NCBI GenBank assembly: GCA_965214705.1
Contig: OZ243972.1
Coordinates: 3,136,001 to 3,200,000, forward strand
DNA: 64,000 nt
Direction: 5' to 3'
Source of the DNA: Alphaproteobacteria bacterium
GTDB lineage: Bacteria; Pseudomonadota; Alphaproteobacteria; UBA828
This document shows, one piece after another, positions 58,433 to 64,000 of the stretch. The position numbers and the translations under genes are program-made. How positions within the stretch are numbered: position 1 is the stretch's first letter; every line of letters starts with the position of its first letter. A model generated the notes under the pieces. It ran no database searches, had not been told where the DNA came from, and saw only the letters and a list, made by a program, of their open reading frames with translations.

Positions 58433-60804
58433 CTCTTCCTGGCACCGGAGCCGCGCGCGTCCCGTGCGTCCGCCAGCGCTTGCCAGACGCGCTCCGGCGT
58501 GAGCGGCAGGGTCGAGATTTCGACGCCATAGTCCGCCAGCGCATCGCAGACGGCGTTGGCGACCGCCGCCGCCGGCGGGATCGTGCCGACCTCGCCCACG
58601 CCGCGCACGCCGAAGGGCGTGACATGGGAGGGGACCTCGGTGTGCAGCAGGTCGATGGGCGGCACGTCCATGATGGTGGGCGCGAAGTAGTCCAGCATGC
58701 TACCGCTCACGAGCTGGCCCGTGCTCTCGTCGTAACGCAGCTCCTCCGCGAGCGCCGCGCCCAGCCCCTGCACCAGGCCACCCCGCACCTGGCCTTCGAC
58801 GAGCGGCGGGTTGACCACCACGCCGCAGTCGTGCGCCATCACGAAGCGCTCAACGTCGAACTCGCCGCTCTCGTCATCGACCGAGACGACGGCAGCGGCG
58901 GTCCCGAACGAGAACGATGCGTGCGAGGGCTCGAAGTGCGCGGACGCCTCCAAACCCGGCTCCTCGTCCTCCGGAATCCCCTGCCCGATCATCGCGCGGG
59001 TGAAGATGTCGGCGAGCGGCACGGTGCGGCCCGGCTCGTCCCTCACGCGCACGACGCGCCCGCGCACCTCCAGCGCTGCAGGCGTCGATTGCAGCACCAT
59101 GGCCGCGATGCGAAGGGTCTTGTCGCGCAGCGCACCCGCCGCCTCGCGGATGGCGCCGGCGGCGGCGATCAGGGTGCGCGAGGCGAAGGCCCCGGTGTTG
59201 AGCGGCGATGCGCCGCTGTCGCCGGCGTGGACCGTAATCGCCTCGTAGTCGATGCCGAAGACCTCTGCGCAGACTTGCGCGAACGCCGTCTCGCTGCCTT
59301 GCCCGAAGGTCGAGACGCCGGTGTAGAGGTCGATGCCGCCGGATCGGTTGGCCCGCAACGTCACGCTCTCGTGGGCGCCAAAGCGGGAGCCGCGGCCCGC
59401 GAGGAAGCGCGCGCTGGCATAGCCCGTGCGCTCGACGAAGGAGGCGAAGCCGATGCCGGTCAGCCGCTCGTCGTCCCGGCATTCCCGGCCTTCGGCGCGG
59501 TGGGTGTCGTAATCCACCGCGTCGGCGGCCATCTCCAGCGTCTTCAGGTAATCGCCGTTGTCGTAGACCGCGCGGCTCGGCGTGGTCCAGGGCAGGTCCT
59601 CCGGCCGCAGCATGTTCTGCCGCCGCAGCTCCAGCGGGTCGACGTCCAGCCGCCGCGCCAGCCGGTCAAGCAGAACCTCCAGCGCGAAGTTCACCTCCGG
59701 CTGGCCGTAGCCGCGATAGGCTCCGATCGGCGTCTTGTTGGTGAGCGCGACCCAGCGTTCGACCGTCGCATCGGCCACCTTGTAGGGGCCGGTGAAGACC
59801 ACGCTGGAAAGCTGCGCCGAGCCGTAGGTCGAGTTCCAGGCGCCGAGGTCGGTGGTGTACCGGTTGGTGATCGCGACGATGCGGCCGTCGGCCTCGGCAC
59901 CGATGCGGACGTCATGCACGGCCTCGCGCGCCTGAGTGCTGGCGCGGAAGAACTCGAGGCGGTCCTCGATCCACTTGACCGGACGCCGCAGCGCCATCGC
60001 GTGCAGCACCGCCAGCACGTCCTCGGGGTAGAGCCCGAGCTTCATGCCGAAGCCGCCGCCGACATCGGAGGCGATGACGCGGATGCAGCCCTCGTCGAGT
60101 GGCAGGCACTCCGCCAGCTGCTGCCGGATCAGGTGCGGCGTCTGGGTGGAGGCGTGGACCTCTAGCGTGCGGGCGCCGGCGCGCCAATGGGCGACGATGC
60201 CGCGCGCCTCCATCGGCAGCGCGCTCACCCGGTTCACGTGGAAGCGCCCCTCGACGACGACCGGGGCCGCTTCCATGCGGCTCTCCGGCTCGCCCGCGCG
60301 GTCCACGTTGCTGGTCAGCAGGTTCGAGGGCAGCGTTTCCGGATGCAGCACCGGCGCGTCGTCGGCGAGCGCGCCGAGCGTGTCGGTCACATGCGGCAGG
60401 GGCTCGTAGTCGATGTCGATCAGCTCCAGCGCGTCCTCGGCGACCGCGCGGCTGGTCGCGACCACGCTCACCACCGGCTGCCCCTCGTGGATCGCCTCCT
60501 CGCCTGCCAGCGCGTAGTAGGGCAGCAGCGGCGCGCCGGGCACGGGCCTCAGCACTGTCAGCGGCTCGCTCGCGGCCCGCACGTCGGCGCCGGTCAGGAT
60601 GTGCCGCACGCCGGCGAGCGCGCGGGCTTGCGCCACGTCGATCGCGCCGATGGCGGCGCGGGGGAAGGGGCAGCGGCCCACCGCCATCTCAAGCTGATGG
60701 GCAAGCTGTACGTCGTCGGTGAAGAGGCCGTCGCCGCGCAGCAGGCGGTCGTCCTCCTTGCGCGGGAGCGCGGCCCCGATGAGGCTACGGCGGGGTACGC
60801 TCAC
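58429..60804 (-). CDS. Mo-hydroxylase large subunit (CoxL/xanthine dehydrogenase family)
   Basis: RKEDDRLLRG, VGGGFGMK, AYRGYG, EGQVRGG, GVRGVGE. Confidence 0.9.
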   Translation of the reverse strand: MSVPRRSLIGAALPRKEDDRLLRGDGLFTDDVQLAHQLEMAVGRCPFPRAAIGAIDVAQARALAGVRHILTGADVRAASEPLTVLRPVPGAPLLPYYALAGEEAIHEGQPVVSVVATSRAVAEDALELIDIDYEPLPHVTDTLGALADDAPVLHPETLPSNLLTSNVDRAGEPESRMEAAPVVVEGRFHVNRVSALPMEARGIVAHWRAGARTLEVHASTQTPHLIRQQLAECLPLDEGCIRVIASDVGGGFGMKLGLYPEDVLAVLHAMALRRPVKWIEDRLEFFRASTQAREAVHDVRIGAEADGRIVAITNRYTTDLGAWNSTYGSAQLSSVVFTGPYKVADATVERWVALTNKTPIGAYRGYGQPEVNFALEVLLDRLARRLDVDPLELRRQNMLRPEDLPWTTPSRAVYDNGDYLKTLEMAADAVDYDTHRAEGRECRDDERLTGIGFASFVERTGYASARFLAGRGSRFGAHESVTLRANRSGGIDLYTGVSTFGQGSETAFAQVCAEVFGIDYEAITVHAGDSGASPLNTGAFASRTLIAAAGAIREAAGALRDKTLRIAAMVLQSTPAALEVRGRVVRVRDEPGRTVPLADIFTRAMIGQGIPEDEEPGLEASAHFEPSHASFSFGTAAAVVSVDDESGEFDVERFVMAHDCGVVVNPPLVEGQVRGGLVQGLGAALAEELRYDESTGQLVSGSMLDYFAPTIMDVPPIDLLHTEVPSHVTPFGVRGVGEVGTIPPAAAVANAVCDALADYGVEISTLPLTPERVWQALADARDARGSGARKR

Positions 60805-61292
60805 GGTGAGGTCTCGGACTCGTCCACGCCCAGGTACGCCTCCACCGCGCGCCGGATGTTCTCGTAGCCGGTGCAGCGGCAGAGCACGCCGACAAGCTCC
60901 TCGCGGATCTCCGCGCGGGAGAGCGTCCGCCCGCTCGCCTTCAGGCTCTCCGCCAGCATCAGGAAGCCCGGCGTGCAGTAGCCGCATTGCAGCGCGTGGT
61001 GCCGCTTGAAGGCTTCTTGCGCGGCGTTCAGGCGGTCGCCCTCGGCCAGGGCCTCGACCGTCGTGACATCCGCGCCGTCCAGCTGCACGGCGAGCATGAG
61101 GCAGGACTTGATGGCCGCGCCGTCCACCAGGATCGTGCACATGCCGCAGACGCCCTGCTCGCAGCCGACGTGGGTGCCGGTCCAGCCCAGCCGATGGCGC
61201 AGGAAGTCGGCCGCGTGCATGCGGACGGGCGCCTCCGACGACACCGCCTCGCCGTTCAGGCGGAAGGCGATGGCAAGCTCATTGCCGCTCAA
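60801..61292 (-). CDS. (2Fe-2S) subunit (CoxS-like)
   Basis: GCEQGVCGMC, LQCGYC, LCRCTGY. Confidence 0.92.
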   Translation of the reverse strand: MSGNELAIAFRLNGEAVSSEAPVRMHAADFLRHRLGWTGTHVGCEQGVCGMCTILVDGAAIKSCLMLAVQLDGADVTTVEALAEGDRLNAAQEAFKRHHALQCGYCTPGFLMLAESLKASGRTLSRAEIREELVGVLCRCTGYENIRRAVEAYLGVDESETSP

Positions 61293-61785
61293 CGGCGGCC
61301 TCCTTGGGTCGTGGCGCCGCGCCGGGCGCATCGGCGGCCGAAAGCGCCTGCTCCAGGTTGCCGGCGAACTCCGCGGTCACCTTCGCGGCGTGCTTGTTGA
61401 TCACGGCGCTTCCGACGGTGCCGAGCACGCCAGCGAGCGCGACCTCGCCCTCCACCGCGACGCAGGTTTCGCCGCCCTCGTCGGTCAGCGTGACCGCGTT
61501 CTGCGCCCGGAAATTGCCGACCGCGCCGCGCACCGCCTTGCCGGTCGCCGTGAACGCGATGCGCGCGCCGGCGACGCGTTCGGTGATGCGGACCTTGGCC
61601 TGGAAGGTCGTCGACATGGGCCCGAGTTTCTGGGTCGCGCGGACTGAATAACTGTCATCCTCGCCCTCCAGTGGCTCGGCCTCTTCGACGCCGGGCATGC
61701 ACTGCGCAACCTCCAGCGGCCGCTCGAAGAAGCGCCAGACCTCGTCGCCGCTCGCCCGGAGGCGGAACTCGTGGCGATATTTCAT
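61279..61785 (-). CDS. CoxG/SRPBCC family protein
   Basis: VAQCMPG...KLGPMST..F...LAG; position inside a Mo-hydroxylase cluster. Confidence 0.8.
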   Translation of the reverse strand: MKYRHEFRLRASGDEVWRFFERPLEVAQCMPGVEEAEPLEGEDDSYSVRATQKLGPMSTTFQAKVRITERVAGARIAFTATGKAVRGAVGNFRAQNAVTLTDEGGETCVAVEGEVALAGVLGTVGSAVINKHAAKVTAEFAGNLEQALSAADAPGAAPRPKEAAVERQ

Positions 61786-62654
61786 CGCACGGCCGCCAGC
61801 GCCGAGGCGCGCAGGTCGCGCAGCACCCGCGCGACGTAGATCGGCACCAGGTGGGCGCGGTACGCGGCCGAGCCCCGGATATCGTCGGGCGGGTCGATGG
61901 CGTCGAGCGCGGCTTCGCCCGCCGCCGCGATGTCCACGTCGTCGAGGCGGCTCCCCTCCAGCAACGCCATGCTGGCCTCGGCCAGAACCGGCGTGTCGTT
62001 GACCCCGCCGAGTCCGATGCGGAGCCCGCCCCAGCGGCCGTCATCGGCGATCCGTCCGGTCGCCGCCACCGAGAGCACGCAGAAATCGTTGTGCCGGCGG
62101 CAGCACTCGCGGAAGGCGAAGTGCGGCGGATGCGGAGGAAAGTGAACCTCGGTCAGCACCTCGTCGGGCGCGAGGGTGGCGGCGTAGGCGCCTTCGTAAA
62201 GGTCTTCCATTGCTATGGCGCGCGCGCCAGTTGGCCCGAGCACGTGGACCGTTGCGCCTAGAACCAGACAGCCCAGGGGCATCTCGCCCGTCGGGTCGCC
62301 CTGCACCAGGCTGCCGCCGATGGTGCCGCGATTGCGCACCTGGCGGTCGCCGACGAAGGCCACCATCGCCTTCAGCAGCGGCAGCCGTTCCGCGATCAGC
62401 GGCGAGAATTCGAGCGTGCTGTAGCGCACCGGCGCGCCGATGCGCGTCTCGTCTCCTTCTGCCGTCAGCCGGGCGAGGTCGGTGAGCCCGTTGATGTCGA
62501 CCACCGCGTCCGGGCGCCAGAGCCGCATGTTCATCATCGGCATCAGGCTCTGGCCGCCGGCCAGGATGCGGGCGCCGCCGTCGTAGTCCTGCAGGTAGCG
62601 CACCGCTTCGGCGATGTCGCCCGGCCGGTGGTAGGCGAAGTCGGCGCTCTTCAC
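61782..62654 (-). CDS. FAD-binding subunit (CoxM-like)
   Basis: LAGGQSLMP, VRNRGTIGGS, DDIRGSAAYR. Confidence 0.9.
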   Translation of the reverse strand: MKSADFAYHRPGDIAEAVRYLQDYDGGARILAGGQSLMPMMNMRLWRPDAVVDINGLTDLARLTAEGDETRIGAPVRYSTLEFSPLIAERLPLLKAMVAFVGDRQVRNRGTIGGSLVQGDPTGEMPLGCLVLGATVHVLGPTGARAIAMEDLYEGAYAATLAPDEVLTEVHFPPHPPHFAFRECCRRHNDFCVLSVAATGRIADDGRWGGLRIGLGGVNDTPVLAEASMALLEGSRLDDVDIAAAGEAALDAIDPPDDIRGSAAYRAHLVPIYVARVLRDLRASALAAVR

Positions 62655-63748
62655 CGGTCTCGGTGTCCGGGGCCCGCCGTCGCCACCCGGCCGCCCGAAA
62701 GCCGGGCGAGCACGTGCCCGACCGCGCTCCGGCTCTCGGAGACGAGGCCGGCACTCTCCCGCTGGCTCCACACCGTCTCGGGCCGGACCTGGAGGACGCG
62801 CACCGCGCCGTCAGCGCCGATGGCCCACTCGATGTCCTGCGCGGCGCCGCGATGCTCCTCGATCCGCTTGGCAAGCCGCGCCAGCGCGAGCGCCTCGGCA
62901 TCGTCGATGCAGGCGGCGTGCCCCCGCTCGGGCGCGGGCGGCATCAGGCGCACCGCGCCTGCAGCGGGATCGAAGCGGTATTCCTCGGCTTGGGGCACGA
63001 TGTCTCGCTTGACGATCTCCAGCGTCACCTTGTCGACGGTGAAGCGGCTCGGCGTCACGTCGCCCTTCACTACCCCCTCGCCGAGGCCCCAGCAGGCCTC
63101 CATGACGATCTTCGAGCGATCGCCGTTGAGCGGGTCAAGGGTGAACATGACGCCTGCGGCCCGCGCCTCCACCATCTGCTGGATGCCGACGCAGATGCCG
63201 TCGCCGCCCGCAGCCGCAGCGTCGCCGCAACCGGCGCGGTAGGAGAGGGCCGCGTCGCCGAACATGCTGGCCCAGCACGCGCGCACATGACGCAGCACCG
63301 CCTCGGCGCCACTGATCCAGAGGTAGGTGTCGTACTGGCCGGCGAAGCTCGCATCGGCGAGATCCTCCGCCTCTCCGCTGGAGCGCACCGCCACGGGCAC
63401 GCCGGCCCGGCCGGTCTTCTCTTCCAGAATCGCGTAGTTGCGCCGGATTGCCGTCTCCAGCCTATCCGGCATCGGGGCCGCGCCGATGGCCTCCACCAGC
63501 TGCGCCCGTGCGCTGCCGATCTCCGCGAGGGCCGCGCGGCGAGCGGCCTCCCGCACGAACGCGGCCTTATCGTCAAGGTCCGCGTGGGCCATGAAGACGC
63601 GATAGGCCGTGGTGGTCACGCCGAACCCCATAGGGACCGCGAAGCCGGCCGCCGTCATCTCGGCGAGGCTCGCGAACTTGCCGCCGAGCAGCGGGTTTTC
63701 CGGCGCGCCTTCCTGATCCAGCCACAGAATGTGGGGATCGTTGGTCAC
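62651..63748 (-). CDS. PEP/pyruvate-binding (ATP-grasp) domain protein, PEP synthase N-terminal-like
   Basis: GGKFASL, VAVRSS..AEDL..ASFAGQYDTY, WGLGEGVV, DIEW, LQVRP. Confidence 0.88.
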   Translation of the reverse strand: MTNDPHILWLDQEGAPENPLLGGKFASLAEMTAAGFAVPMGFGVTTTAYRVFMAHADLDDKAAFVREAARRAALAEIGSARAQLVEAIGAAPMPDRLETAIRRNYAILEEKTGRAGVPVAVRSSGEAEDLADASFAGQYDTYLWISGAEAVLRHVRACWASMFGDAALSYRAGCGDAAAAGGDGICVGIQQMVEARAAGVMFTLDPLNGDRSKIVMEACWGLGEGVVKGDVTPSRFTVDKVTLEIVKRDIVPQAEEYRFDPAAGAVRLMPPAPERGHAACIDDAEALALARLAKRIEEHRGAAQDIEWAIGADGAVRVLQVRPETVWSQRESAGLVSESRSAVGHVLARLSGGRVATAGPGHRDR

Positions 63749-64000
63749 GGCGCGACCCGCTCCAGAACCGTGACCGTGCCCTCGTTGCCGTCGACCTCGA
63801 CACGGTCGCCGGTCCGGATCGTCGCCGTCGCAAAGCCCACACCGACCACCGCAGGCAGCCCGTACTCGCGCGAGATAATCGCGGTATGGGCCATCATGCC
63901 GCCCACGTCGGAGACTGCCGCGCCAATACGGCCGAAGACGGTCGCCCAGCTTGGCGCTGTGATCCGGCAGACCAGGATCTCGCCCTCGTTGACGCTGTAG
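63745..64000 (-). CDS. PEP-utilising enzyme with C-terminal phospho-His mobile domain (partial)
   Basis: Hand translation GEILVCRITAPSW...DVGGMMAHTAIISREYGLPAVVG...VDGNEGTV; GTGA overlap with the downstream gene. Confidence 0.85.
   Translation of the reverse strand, partial: YSVNEGEILVCRITAPSWATVFGRIGAAVSDVGGMMAHTAIISREYGLPAVVGVGFATATIRTGDRVEVDGNEGTVTVLERVAP

Noticed and set aside
58429-62654. Form I aerobic CO dehydrogenase
   Set aside because: The active-site loop is AYRGYG, not AYRCSFR.
1-64000. CRISPR array, tRNA or rRNA
   Set aside because: No regularly spaced repeat-spacer series, cas genes or recognisable structural RNA found by eye.

Overview
GC-rich bacterial (probably alphaproteobacterial) window with very high IS density in the first 42 kb and intact catabolic operons in the last 22 kb. 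Removing the insertions in silico reveals a lower-GC island (about 14.6-26.1 kb). It holds a minus-strand operon Ubl -> E2-like -> JAB/MPN protease -> E1/ThiF (bilABCD-like gene order, with an E2 that has no cysteine), a divergent XRE regulator, and a convergent proteasome-beta-like Ntn hydrolase (Thr1/Asp17) with a translationally coupled small basic ORF. The Ubl, E2 and proteasome-like genes are each broken by an insertion. Mobile elements: four near-identical 2666-bp IS91-like (Y2 transposase + tyrosine recombinase) elements, three IS1634-family, one IS4, one IS5/IS1182-like, one DUF4338-ISAs1 with a slippery site, one IS1595+MITE composite, an ISKra4-like element at the left edge and an IS3 remnant. 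Metabolic genes: GMC oxidoreductase/ETF/Fe-S oxidoreductase, nucleoside hydrolase, NicX/M29-like protein, ThDP enzyme, polyamine ABC transporter, pyruvoyl histidine decarboxylase, IclR, two Mo-hydroxylase sets, SDR, hydantoinase A/B, Ccr-like protein and split PEP-synthase-like genes. Family calls come from motif recognition by eye; no database searches were run.
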